Shown in pieces: positions 41,558 to 51,311 of a stretch of 55,431 bases of DNA. The notes beneath the pieces were generated by a model. The model did no database searches. It was not told the DNA's origin and worked only from the letters and a program-made list of their open reading frames with translations. The translations under genes and the position numbers were made by a program. Source of the stretch: a virus (Duplodnaviria > Caudoviricetes); the IMG/VR virus record IMGVR_UViG_3300007523_000015, positions 1 through 55,431 of that record; one strand, 5' to 3'. Positions within the stretch are counted from its first letter, which is position 1. Each line of letters begins with the position of its first letter.

Positions 41558-42193
41558 TTATTCAATGTCTGCAATGTCTTTAATCTGCTTTGTTAATGAT
41601 AATAGAGTAAAGTTATTATCTAACTCGTGATCAGTCTGGCATCCTGCCCATGCCCATTCGCTAAAATGCGCATCAGAATATGTTTTCGTCATTGCTTCTT
41701 TTGCTAAAGAATTACCCCTGTTTGCTAAGACTGCTGTCTCGTACCAGACAGGTAATGGGCCTCGGTTTATTCGAACAATTATTCCATTTTGCTCTTTAAT
41801 GAATTTTATTTCGTTGGGGAATCTGACATCGCTAATAACAACCGATTGATTTGGATTTTTTCTGATTCTGTTCTTAACTGTTTTAAACCACATATCTTGA
41901 TGGAAATTATTCCTCATAACTTCGGTACCCATTAACTGCAAAGCCAATCGTGGGCTGAAATTAGGAATGCTTAACTCATCTGACCACCACTGGTCTACAA
42001 TTTCCCTGTATTCTCTAGATTCGACTGTGTCGCCTTCCAACAAATGCCTGGGCCAATCGAACATTGCCGCACATGCATCCTTAAGGGATGCTGCAAAACT
42101 ATCTTGTCTGAAATTATATTTACTAACAAGTTCTGCTGCAACTGTGCCTTTGCCGCTACCAATAAATCCTACAAGTCCGATAATTTTACTCAT
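41558..42193 (-). CDS. 1: Deoxynucleoside monophosphate kinase (gp1-like)
   Basis: GFIGSGKGT, SFAASLKD, LQLMGTE, ISDVRFPNE. Confidence 0.9.
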   Translation of the reverse strand: MSKIIGLVGFIGSGKGTVAAELVSKYNFRQDSFAASLKDACAAMFDWPRHLLEGDTVESREYREIVDQWWSDELSIPNFSPRLALQLMGTEVMRNNFHQDMWFKTVKNRIRKNPNQSVVISDVRFPNEIKFIKEQNGIIVRINRGPLPVWYETAVLANRGNSLAKEAMTKTYSDAHFSEWAWAGCQTDHELDNNFTLLSLTKQIKDIADIE

Positions 42194-42267
42194 TAAAAAT
42201 CCCCTTAAGTTGCTTTATGTAGTTATACACAAACTCCTTAAGGGGAGGCGAATCTTGTTAGCTAAAT

Positions 42268-43020
42268 TTATCCAACAATGAATGCGTACCCATCCGAACT
42301 TGTCACCAACTCATGTAATTGCTTTTCTAATTTTTCTATCTCAGCTTGTGCTTCCTGCTTTAGGGTAGCACCGTTTAACATCACGTTTCCGTTAGGCCCC
42401 GGAAAGCCCGACGGAAATTTATCCCTGGCTTCTCCCAACGCATATTTAGCAAGTGCTGTTGCATACGAACGTACCCAAGGCCCAGCGTATGGATCATTGA
42501 TTACATCATCCTCAGACTTCCTAGCATAGACGCGAACGACGACTTCTTCATCACCTCTCGGCTTACGAAGAATTGTTAATAATTTATTATTAACGTCCCA
42601 CGTGAAATTATACTGACTTGCAAAAACTCTTTCTGTCGTTTCTAAGAATTGGTTATAGAAATCCCAAGTTGCTAACCCGCCTGATCTATTTGGTTGTAAC
42701 AAATAGATATTCGCAAATGCAGCATCAACCGGATCGAAATTTACCCCGCCATTGGTATATGCACCGACACCACGACGGTATAGACGTCTAACTTCTTGCA
42801 CTTCATCTGGAAGAGTATATTCTGTTATATCTCGTGTTATGTGTAGGAAAATGTCTTTCTCTAAATTGGCACCATCTGATCGCTGACGCAATTTTTGGAT
42901 GCTAATTGTGATTGCCTGATTTAAATGTTCCACATCGAGTTCCACGTCGACCATTTGCGCGCCGAGACTAAGCTCGATTTGCTTCATTAATACAACTCTT
43001 GGCGTAACTTGTGAGGACAT
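42268..43020 (-). CDS. 13: Neck protein (gp13-like)
   Basis: LGAQMVDVELD, WVRSYATALAK..LGEARDKF, LNG. Confidence 0.8.
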   Translation of the reverse strand: MSSQVTPRVVLMKQIELSLGAQMVDVELDVEHLNQAITISIQKLRQRSDGANLEKDIFLHITRDITEYTLPDEVQEVRRLYRRGVGAYTNGGVNFDPVDAAFANIYLLQPNRSGGLATWDFYNQFLETTERVFASQYNFTWDVNNKLLTILRKPRGDEEVVVRVYARKSEDDVINDPYAGPWVRSYATALAKYALGEARDKFPSGFPGPNGNVMLNGATLKQEAQAEIEKLEKQLHELVTSSDGYAFIVG

Positions 43021-43021
43021 G

Positions 43022-43870
43022 TTATGAATTCCTGTAATTTTCGAATAATTCGATTAAAGTTTTATCTGATAGGCCACCCTTTGCTATATTTTCATCATAT
43101 TTCATTATTTGCAAATTTGTATAATGCGATATCACATTAACTGGCACACTATTCTCAAATCCGTCTTTTATACTAAAAATATGATCTAAGTGATACGAAG
43201 TTCTTCCACGGCTAAAATTACAGGGATTTATAATAGATTTGTGTTTTTTATAATTTCTATCAGATAAGTTTCTCACGTCAGCATAATATCTATCAAATTC
43301 ACATTTACTCGCCGGATCTGTGATTAATCCGAGTTCTAATTTCGTGTGTAAAATTTTATCTATTCTTTCCCTAATTACCTCTTCTGGCAAATTCTTATAA
43401 TAATTATTAATGAATTTCTTATGTGTTTCTGTTTTTCCATAATTATCAACACCATGGTTTCTGACCATGGTGTCTTTTTTCAGACTTATGACATCCTTCG
43501 TCGATAATGGATGGCTACCATAAATGTCATTAAATGTTTTGTTTCGTTTCTTGTTTATAAACGGGACTTGTGACACATTCTCTGACCCATATCTCGAAAC
43601 ACATGTATCTCGACGTTTTTTATTAATTGTATTCCAATCTAATGTCAAATATCTTATTTTCTTTTTTGCTATAATAGTCGTACTTAACGACACATTTTTA
43701 CATCCGTATTTTGCTAATATTGTTTTTTCTTGAGCCGCTTTATTAGCAGGACATAATTTAGCATTCTTTTCGCAACACCATTTTTTAGTAGTTACAAAAT
43801 ATTTTATCGCAGATCTGCCGCAGTTGTGATAGCTGCATTTATTCAGATCTGCTATAATTTGTGATGACAT
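43022..43870 (-). mobile_element. Putative HNH-type homing endonuclease with KYG repeats
   Basis: YHLDHIFSIKDGF...NLQIM...NIAKG; Cys-rich N-terminus. Confidence 0.7.
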
Positions 43871-43893
43871 AACTTTAACTTTCCAGTGATATG

Positions 43894-45057
43894 TTATTTA
43901 TCAATTCTTAATATAACATGGTGCTCGTTAAGTTTGCCGCCAGCAGGAATATCCACTGTTGTTAAATCCTTCATAAAAGTGCGAAGCTTTACCTTAGACG
44001 CCTTCTTAAACTCTGCTAACGTCTCTGCTGGCTTACGGACTGTTTTTTCCACAGAATCTGGCGAATAATTCAACAAACTGCCGCCTTTAACACTCATACC
44101 GTCTACGTCAAGTGCCTTATACTGCGTAATCTTCCTAGTCTTGGTATTATAGACCCAAACTTCCTTCGAACCAATAATATTAATAGGATTGATACTTACA
44201 ATCCCTAGTGAACTATCTTCCTTTTTATATTTCAACTTAGATACGGCTTTATCATGTGAGACAGGTTTCTTCTTCCTTGGTTCTCTTGCAACTTTAGCAA
44301 CTTCTTGGAACATGTCAGATGCCTTAATCAGGTTAGCATAAAATACTTGTAACTTTTTCAATTCTGATTTGGAGAAGTTAGAATATCCCTCTGCAATGTC
44401 TTTATCCTTGCCGGATAATGCTATCGAGATTTCAGTAGTTCGTCTCTCAAATATCTGACATATGAATCTCATGTGTGGAGATTTTAAATCATTCGACTTG
44501 AACAGGTTCACGAAATCTTCAACCGACTTAGCAGGTAACTTTTTATTTAAACAAAAGTCATCTATCCATCCTTCGACTTCGCCTGCTATTTCGTGCGCCT
44601 TGTCCTTGAGCCTGTCCTGAATAGTAGGAATAACTTTTTCATTGTTATTAACCGAATTCGAATTCGAATCCGATTCTGCACCATAAGTGGAAACTTTCTC
44701 TTTGTTAACTGTCTTAGTTTCTTCTTCCTCAATCACTTTCTCCAATGCAGGTATAATCTTAACAGCAATGTCTTCGGGAAGTTGGCCACCATGATTTTCA
44801 ATATACATATATTTGCCAACAGTGACAAATCTGTTTTCATTTATGCCAGAGATTCTTTCAAGTAGTGGGTGCTTAGGATCCTTAGTTCTGAGATATCTTA
44901 ATACCTCTTTTTTAAGTTCAGAAGATGACAATTCATAATGAGCATACATCATTGCTGCGTGATAGTATTGTCTGAATTCTTTGTTTGTCCTTACCACTAA
45001 AGTAAAGGAGGGACGGGGCCAACTTACATGAACACCCGATAGTTTCTTACCTGCCAT
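43894..45057 (-). CDS. Conserved T4-like-phage hypothetical protein
   Basis: 387 aa; C-terminal VYNTKTRK...KTVRKP; AAGGA SD. Confidence 0.5.
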   Translation of the reverse strand: MAGKKLSGVHVSWPRPSFTLVVRTNKEFRQYYHAAMMYAHYELSSSELKKEVLRYLRTKDPKHPLLERISGINENRFVTVGKYMYIENHGGQLPEDIAVKIIPALEKVIEEEETKTVNKEKVSTYGAESDSNSNSVNNNEKVIPTIQDRLKDKAHEIAGEVEGWIDDFCLNKKLPAKSVEDFVNLFKSNDLKSPHMRFICQIFERRTTEISIALSGKDKDIAEGYSNFSKSELKKLQVFYANLIKASDMFQEVAKVAREPRKKKPVSHDKAVSKLKYKKEDSSLGIVSINPINIIGSKEVWVYNTKTRKITQYKALDVDGMSVKGGSLLNYSPDSVEKTVRKPAETLAEFKKASKVKLRTFMKDLTTVDIPAGGKLNEHHVILRIDK

Positions 45058-45156
45058 TTTAATATCCTTTTAACACTTAGCTATTTTAGCTAAGGTGTAA
45101 TACAAAGGGCAACTAATCTTGGTTAGTTACCACGGGATATTTAGCAGATGTCTTAT

Positions 45157-45342
45157 TTAATCGATAGTTTCTTCACCGATTTGTTTATCTTTATGTTTTT
45201 CTTTGCGATCGAATTTTTTAGATGCATGAGAACCAGCACCTGATGTTTTGGCATACTTAGACACAAAGTTTCTCGGAGGCGGAGATTTTACGACCATCTT
45301 CTTGGCCTCTTTTGCTTCAAATAATTCAAATAATCTCATCAT
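45157..45342 (-). CDS. Small basic protein (MRLFELFE start)
   Basis: ATG 45342/45339 with GGAG SD; PRNFVSK...GAGSH. Confidence 0.55.
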   Translation of the reverse strand: MMRLFELFEAKEAKKMVVKSPPPRNFVSKYAKTSGAGSHASKKFDRKEKHKDKQIGEETID

Positions 45343-45445
45343 AGCTCCAAATAAAAATAGAGGAACACAGTAGCGAATTGTGTTCCTCAGACGCCTGCAT
45401 TTCGGCAGTAGCCACAACGTGTCCTAAGATAGTGTTGTTATTATT
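45343..45445 (-). ncRNA. Candidate structured small RNA or leader ending in a terminator-like hairpin
   Basis: GATAAATA at 45445-45452, CTGC-CGAAAT-GCAG hairpin, 10-bp GAGGAACACA/TGTGTTCCTC stem plus T tract. Confidence 0.4.
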
Positions 45446-45848
45446 ATTTATCAGAATATTTGAATTTTAGGTATCCATCCAAGAACCCACGAATATTCCT
45501 TTCACCTTCTGGATTCTTACTATGAATAGTGTACTTAAAATCAGCAGGCATTGCACCCGTATCCATATCTAATTCAACTAACCATTTAGCAAAATCTAAA
45601 CCTGTCTTTTCTTCTTTTGCAGATGTTACAACTACAATCCCAGTAGTGCTATCTGTTTCCCATTCCTCATACCCTAAGTCGTGATCCAGACTTACAACAT
45701 CAGGGAACCCATTTTCCTGTACCCATTTTACAGCTTCATTAAACGAACGAACTACTATCCATTCGGCGGCCCAGTGACCGACACCTCCTATTAGGAGCCA
45801 TTTAACTTCGGATGGAACTCTTATATCATCTAAGAATAGATACTTCAT
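45444..45848 (-). CDS. Cyclic-phosphate-processing receiver-like domain protein
   Basis: LFLDDIRVP, VVRS, SLDHDLG, TGLDFAKWL, IHSKNPEG. Confidence 0.7.
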   Translation of the reverse strand: MKYLFLDDIRVPSEVKWLLIGGVGHWAAEWIVVRSFNEAVKWVQENGFPDVVSLDHDLGYEEWETDSTTGIVVVTSAKEEKTGLDFAKWLVELDMDTGAMPADFKYTIHSKNPEGERNIRGFLDGYLKFKYSDK

Positions 45849-46282
45849 GCAAGGACGCCGTTGCCGGTTACCACTTTGTTAAACTTAAGTTTATGAGCTT
45901 TTTTATCGGTCAACTTTTTACCAGTAACTACATTCCAGGCACCATATGCATCCTCAGGAAAATATCTACCCTTATAGTCGTTATTTTGGTATTGGTCGGA
46001 ATTGCCACAAGAAGATTCTGTAAAAAGCTCTCTTGAAATCGACCAGATTGCTGGCCAGGTTCCGCCAGCATCTGGTATATGCTCACATCCGCATAATTCG
46101 CCTTTTCCTATGTAAATATATGTAAAGCCGAACCCTATTGCTAACATGAATAGATCGTTCAGATATTCTTCCCGCAACTCGGTGATATCTTCTTCTCCGG
46201 CCAGTGCAAATAACCCAAGTTTGTCATTGCCGACTCGTTCTTTAATCTCGAGTAATCTTAGGATTTTTTTATCGTTTTTCAT
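45845..46282 (-). CDS. Hypothetical protein
   Basis: 145-aa ORF. Confidence 0.45.
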   Translation of the reverse strand: MKNDKKILRLLEIKERVGNDKLGLFALAGEEDITELREEYLNDLFMLAIGFGFTYIYIGKGELCGCEHIPDAGGTWPAIWSISRELFTESSCGNSDQYQNNDYKGRYFPEDAYGAWNVVTGKKLTDKKAHKLKFNKVVTGNGVLA

Positions 46283-46299
46283 ATATGTATTATAATAGG

Positions 46300-46550
46300 C
46301 GTTACGTCATATGTAACTCGGAGTCGTAAATGTAGGGCAGTGAGTTTCCTAACTGCCCTACAAAATGTGTATCTAGGCACCCCACCTAAATTCCCCGTCC
46401 TACATTTAGAATCCACCGTAGTTACATTTCCCTTGTAGGGGAAAGTGCTACTCCATCTTCGATACATGCATGTTTATAGTCGACTATAGTTTATACATAG
46501 GCAGCATCTGCAAGACTGTAGGGACGCGACCGGCTCTACAAAACCACACA
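46300..46550. ncRNA. Candidate structured non-coding element
   Basis: 11-bp hairpin 46331-46362, hairpin 46427-46444, long-range pair 46366/46461, 14-bp palindrome 46475-46488. Confidence 0.4.
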
Positions 46551-46607
46551 TTTATTTCAAAATATCCAACTTATAATATGCCTCACATTGCATTTGTGCC
46601 AATGTTG

Positions 46608-46892
46608 CTATTTTTCTTTATACGAGATATCACTCTTTGGTGATTTTTTCCCCTGTATTCTTTCTGCCATATTATCCAGGTTGTGCAACAATTCATATAA
46701 ATTCTGTTGCACAACTTTAGCATAAGTATTCGATTGTTTATCGATATAGTCGACAACACACTTATCTATTTTCTCTATTTTCTCTATTTTTTCTTTCTTT
46801 ACTATCGATTGTGCAATTTCTTTTGACCACAACTGTTCTGGTTCCTCAGCGTAGGCACTAAATGCTAATAATAATATAAGAAAAAATCGCAT
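46608..46892 (-). CDS. Secreted/periplasmic hypothetical protein, possibly frameshifted near its 3' end
   Basis: Signal peptide MRFFLILLLAFSAYA; alternate frame continues EKIATLAQMQCEAYYKLDILK. Confidence 0.5.
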   Translation of the reverse strand: MRFFLILLLAFSAYAEEPEQLWSKEIAQSIVKKEKIEKIEKIDKCVVDYIDKQSNTYAKVVQQNLYELLHNLDNMAERIQGKKSPKSDISYKEK

Positions 46893-46917
46893 TATACAAG
46901 GGCCGAAGCCCTGTGTT

Positions 46918-47898
46918 TTATTCGACTTCGATTTCAGTGCCAGCTTCTACAATCTTCAATGCTGCCTTTTTCTGTACAGAATTTTTAGCAACACGTTCGC
47001 GAGCTTCATCGATAGTCATCCCTTCATACTCTACCCAGCCGCCATGTACACGCATTAAGTCGTACAACGGTTCGGCATCCCACTCGGGTGCAACTGGTTC
47101 TTTACCAACTGCAAATGGCCAAGCTGCTGCTTTTGCAGAGTATGGCTCATTATATTCGCCATTTACCGCAGAAGCAAATGCATCCTTTGGATCACCGTTC
47201 ACCTGTCCAACAACTTTATATCGCATGCATCGACCTTTTGCACCATCATAGTCGGTAGGAATACTAACCACATCGGCTGGACTGATTTTTAAAATCATAA
47301 CCGGATCAGACCCGCCGCCAAAATGGCCAAGGTAAGATTCACTACAAAAATGCAAGCCAGTCGAACAATGCGATTCTGGATCGTCATCGACAAGATTTCG
47401 TTCCATCTCGACTACTTGACCAACACTATTGTTGATAGTCCCAGAATGGCAGTCGAGGTAGTTACTTCGAACACGTTTGTATGCAAGGAAATAACCATCT
47501 TCAGTGATAGGCAAGCTATTCTTTTCCAAGAATCCATATACCTGGTCAACAGAACGCTTTGAAGGATTCTGCATCAGGTTTTCCATGAATCGAACCATCG
47601 GGTCGATCGGAAAACCGTCTTGATACATTTCGATCATGCGGGATGTAAGTGCATTGTTAAATGGCTGGTCTTTCCACATAATGGTATTACCGTTGATGGA
47701 TACGTTTCCAGCACCAAAGTCGATAATCGCCTTTTTAGGTTCGACCAAACTTTCCAACTCGTCCCAGTCCTGAGCTTTCAATGCTTCCATGATCTTTGCA
47801 TATGCGATATGCGTATCTTTGCTAATAGTGTGGCTCTTGTTATTCACCACCAAAATTATATTTTTGCCCTGAATTAAGAAAGGCACGGGGTTCGTCAT
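46918..47898 (-). CDS. rIIB: rIIB-like protein
   Basis: LPITEDGYFLAYK, CSTGLHFC, PADVVSIP.DY...KGRC. Confidence 0.85.
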   Translation of the reverse strand: MTNPVPFLIQGKNIILVVNNKSHTISKDTHIAYAKIMEALKAQDWDELESLVEPKKAIIDFGAGNVSINGNTIMWKDQPFNNALTSRMIEMYQDGFPIDPMVRFMENLMQNPSKRSVDQVYGFLEKNSLPITEDGYFLAYKRVRSNYLDCHSGTINNSVGQVVEMERNLVDDDPESHCSTGLHFCSESYLGHFGGGSDPVMILKISPADVVSIPTDYDGAKGRCMRYKVVGQVNGDPKDAFASAVNGEYNEPYSAKAAAWPFAVGKEPVAPEWDAEPLYDLMRVHGGWVEYEGMTIDEARERVAKNSVQKKAALKIVEAGTEIEVE

Positions 47899-47925
47899 AA
47901 TATTTCCTTTTCTGTGTTATCCTGT

Positions 47926-50073
47926 TTAACTATTATCTACCATCATAATATATTCTGCCACATCTCCATCTTTTGCCGAAGTATTTACATACTGCAACAT
48001 AGGATATTTTTTATATAAGTCAGCTTTAGTCTTAGTTACATCAGCGGTAACTTTATCTGCATGAATTCCTTTACCAAATAACTTGCACAACCATTCGAGT
48101 TGTGCTGTGCTTCCGCTTGATCGTTTAATCCCGCCATATTTAGCAACATACTTTGCATAGTCGGAAGTTGGGCCGACTAACTGTGCAACAGTTTTGCTAG
48201 TATACACTCTGCTTGTGTAAGAATCAAGTAAATGTTGCACAACCATCGAAGCGACATCCGAATCAGACACTTTCTTCACTTCCTCTGTTAGTTTCTCGTC
48301 GATCAAAATCCAGTTGTCCAGTTCTTGAATTTCCTTAATGCGGTTCTTCCGCACACCGTATACTTCGATATTCGAAATATTCGATACACCACATTGGTCC
48401 ATTGCTTCTTTCATCGGAATGAAGTTGCGATCTTTTCCAAATTTGTCCAAAGTTTTGTGACCACTTAGGCAAGTGTAATAATACACCTCATTTTCATCAA
48501 TCGGATCTGTATCCTGTTTCCAGATGTATTCGGCTTGTCGCCGACCGCTGGATGACTCCTTGTGTACTAACTTAGTAATGCCTGACGTGGATACTGGCGT
48601 AGTTCTCGGGCGAGCTGTGAGCGTGGTGCCCATCGTAACATTCGGTGGATTATGAAGATCTTTCAATATTTCATCATAGGCAACTTGCCTAACTGCCATA
48701 TCATCGGATGCGTGTGACAATATAATCACAAATGCATCCTTATTATATATTTTTGTATAGTGATATCGCGATCGGCTAATCACTCCAATCTTCGTATCAT
48801 TTAGCACAAATATTACCTCAGGTGCCACAGGAATACGATATTCATAGTCATACAAGCCAGTTACTGGATCCTTAACAGATGTCGAGTACTTTTGTATGAT
48901 AGTGGTCGATCGCCCCACTGACGACCTGAAGCCCATTACCTTAATACCTTTGTCAGTCATAGCCTTGATCGACATAGGAAGAATATCTTCGCCATAATGA
49001 CTTCTACCTTTGAAAAACAACTCAAACTTTGTTTTTGCTACATAGGATTCGACGGCAGCTTTATACAACTCGTCCCTGTAATGTTCCTGCAACAAGAATG
49101 ATTTTTGCCATTTGCAGGTGATTGCATCTGCTTTTTTAGCTAAATGACTAACAATATTATCATTTAGTTCTGTTAACTTACGTTTAATGCTCGTAATAGT
49201 CATTGAAACATAACTCAATTCTTCCCGTGAAGCTGCAAAATCTAGTTCGCCGATTCCACATTCCAGAACAATACAACAGTTCAACAATTTGCTAAGTGTA
49301 CCAAAATGCTTTTCTGGTTCAGAGATGTTAATAGGATATGAAATGTTTCCCATTATAGCAATAGATGCTGATCGATTATATCGATGATTATCGTTCAATA
49401 AAATGTGTACGCCGGGTACAATGTCTTTTTCTTTGTATTCTATTTCACCAATAATAAAATTATCGACACCGGTAATGATCGGCTTAACCTTAAACCATTT
49501 TAGCACATTACGAGCTTCATTCGCGAAGCTTTGGTAATCATATCGATTCGTAACACTGAATTTTACTTCTACACCATTATTTTCGTCAGTTAGTTGTTCG
49601 CCCATCTCGGCAACACTCGGAATGCCCGACTCATTAATAAATGCACTGTAGATACGCTTGTAACCGTCCTTAATGGCAGTTACAGTAAAGTTTTCTGTAT
49701 AGCTGAATGGTGATTTGGAACCTAACCCAAGCGCGCCAATAAAGTCATTGGACTGTGTTTTCGTAGATTCAAAATACGTTGTATAGATGTTAATAACATC
49801 TTCACCGCTTAAACCAATACCAAAGTCGGTTACAGCAAACCACGGTTCCAATACAGTAGGTAGATGCAATTCAAATGGCACTTCTTTTTTTCCTGCTGCT
49901 ACGTGACTATCAACGGCATTACACGAGAGTTCTCGAATAACTGCTTTAATTTTGTTCGAATACAGTCCATCCGATAAGATTTTAAATGCCTTAGCAGAAT
50001 TACGAATCTTAAATTCGCCAGTTGTCCCGACATTGGATAGGACTGCCTCATTTACATCTGCTGCTAGTTTCAT
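47926..50073 (-). CDS. rIIA: rIIA-like protein (GHKL ATPase N-domain)
   Basis: LYSNK...RELSCNAVDSH, DFGIGL, GALGLGSKSPFSY. Confidence 0.88.
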   Translation of the reverse strand: MKLAADVNEAVLSNVGTTGEFKIRNSAKAFKILSDGLYSNKIKAVIRELSCNAVDSHVAAGKKEVPFELHLPTVLEPWFAVTDFGIGLSGEDVINIYTTYFESTKTQSNDFIGALGLGSKSPFSYTENFTVTAIKDGYKRIYSAFINESGIPSVAEMGEQLTDENNGVEVKFSVTNRYDYQSFANEARNVLKWFKVKPIITGVDNFIIGEIEYKEKDIVPGVHILLNDNHRYNRSASIAIMGNISYPINISEPEKHFGTLSKLLNCCIVLECGIGELDFAASREELSYVSMTITSIKRKLTELNDNIVSHLAKKADAITCKWQKSFLLQEHYRDELYKAAVESYVAKTKFELFFKGRSHYGEDILPMSIKAMTDKGIKVMGFRSSVGRSTTIIQKYSTSVKDPVTGLYDYEYRIPVAPEVIFVLNDTKIGVISRSRYHYTKIYNKDAFVIILSHASDDMAVRQVAYDEILKDLHNPPNVTMGTTLTARPRTTPVSTSGITKLVHKESSSGRRQAEYIWKQDTDPIDENEVYYYTCLSGHKTLDKFGKDRNFIPMKEAMDQCGVSNISNIEVYGVRKNRIKEIQELDNWILIDEKLTEEVKKVSDSDVASMVVQHLLDSYTSRVYTSKTVAQLVGPTSDYAKYVAKYGGIKRSSGSTAQLEWLCKLFGKGIHADKVTADVTKTKADLYKKYPMLQYVNTSAKDGDVAEYIMMVDNS

Positions 50074-50108
50074 AGTTGTGTGTTCTTCCTGTGTTAGCGT
50101 TAACCTAT

Positions 50109-50137
50109 ATTATGCTTGCTATTGTATTATGTGTCAA
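50109..50137 (-). promoter_or_regulatory. sigma70 early promoter for rIIA
   Basis: TTGACA-17 nt-CATAAT. Confidence 0.7.
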
Positions 50138-50142
50138 GCGGG

Positions 50143-50355
50143 TTATCCCCACATGAGTCTGAACAATAAAAGGAACTCATTGTCAATCGGTTTCTCAAAT
50201 TCTATAATCATAGGATGGCCCCATTCTGGGATCCATTCATCCGACACTACCCATTTCCACTTGTTGTTGATCACATTTTCATCCAACCAAACTGTTATCG
50301 GCACCATATCATATGATGTTCGAATGTGTCTACTAGTTTCGATCTTTATTGTCAT
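50143..50355 (-). CDS. Small hypothetical protein (F.L.WG C-terminus)
   Basis: 70 aa behind its own promoter. Confidence 0.5.
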   Translation of the reverse strand: MTIKIETSRHIRTSYDMVPITVWLDENVINNKWKWVVSDEWIPEWGHPMIIEFEKPIDNEFLLLFRLMWG

Positions 50356-50360
50356 ACGTC

Positions 50361-50389
50361 ATTGTATTATAACAACTATAATGTGTCAA
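50361..50389 (-). promoter_or_regulatory. sigma70 early promoter
   Basis: TTGACA-17 nt-TACAAT. Confidence 0.65.
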
Positions 50390-50393
50390 CCGG

Positions 50394-51215
50394 TTAGAAC
50401 TCTTCCCACATATCAAATGCTCTGGATTCTTTTCCTTTTATGTTCCTAACAGTATTATAATGTATATTAAATCTTTTAGCCACTTCTGCGTTCGTTCCCG
50501 TAGCATTATAAACATCATCCACTTCGGACCTGGTCAGGCCATATCGTCTGACCTGACCAGGTTTTTCCAGATGTAATGTTATTTTTTTAAAAGATGTTTT
50601 ACCTTTTATACTCCTAACAACTCGTTCGGATGCCTTATATTTTTCCCAAAAATAATCATACCCGCCTGTGTCATAAAAAATATCGGGTATTAAGTCAATT
50701 GGTATGGGAAATGGTGTCGATTTTTGATTATCTGGAAATCCTGGTAGAACTGTTATATCTTTTGTTACATTCTTATAATAGATCTTTCGCTTGATTGTGA
50801 TTATATTATAACGATTCACATCGTACTTTTTAGACAAGATGTCCAAATCCTCATTCGAATGATATATCTCCAATGCTTGCTCATTTGTAAACTTAGCCGA
50901 CGGATTATTCTCGCCTGAAACAGAGGTGGCAAATCTTTTTCTAATCCATCCATACCATTTATTGGTTCTTTTATTTTTCGAACTACTCGAGCACATTTTA
51001 GATAATGCATTTATAAGTTTTCTATTTTGCGGATTTAATTTAACTAGTAATTGATGTGCTACAAAATGTTCTTCTGCTGTTAATTCTATTAAATTAGATA
51101 CATCGTCTGTGCCGCCCATGCATTTAGGTATTATGTGGTGGCGCTCTTTATAACCCGAGAGAATTCTATAATTTGCTCGATTTATCAATTTATTGTAATG
51201 CTTATTATAATCCAT
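50394..51215 (-). mobile_element. HNH homing endonuclease with HTH repeats
   Basis: ERHHIIPKCMGG...NLIELTAEEHFVAH; GENNPSAKFT. Confidence 0.85.
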
Positions 51216-51311
51216 TGTAGCGACCTATTCAGCGTGTTTCCTTATATATTTACCTATTATATGATAAATATTTTTATAAATCAATCAAGACTTATATCCA
51301 AAGGAGTTATT

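Noticed and set aside
45380-45410. Hammerhead ribozyme (GAAA...CTGAGGA on the minus strand)
   Set aside because: Only 9 nt separate the core elements, too few for stems I and III
46279-46467. 62-aa ORF across the structured intergenic region
   Set aside because: No SD or recognisable protein features; better explained as non-coding structure
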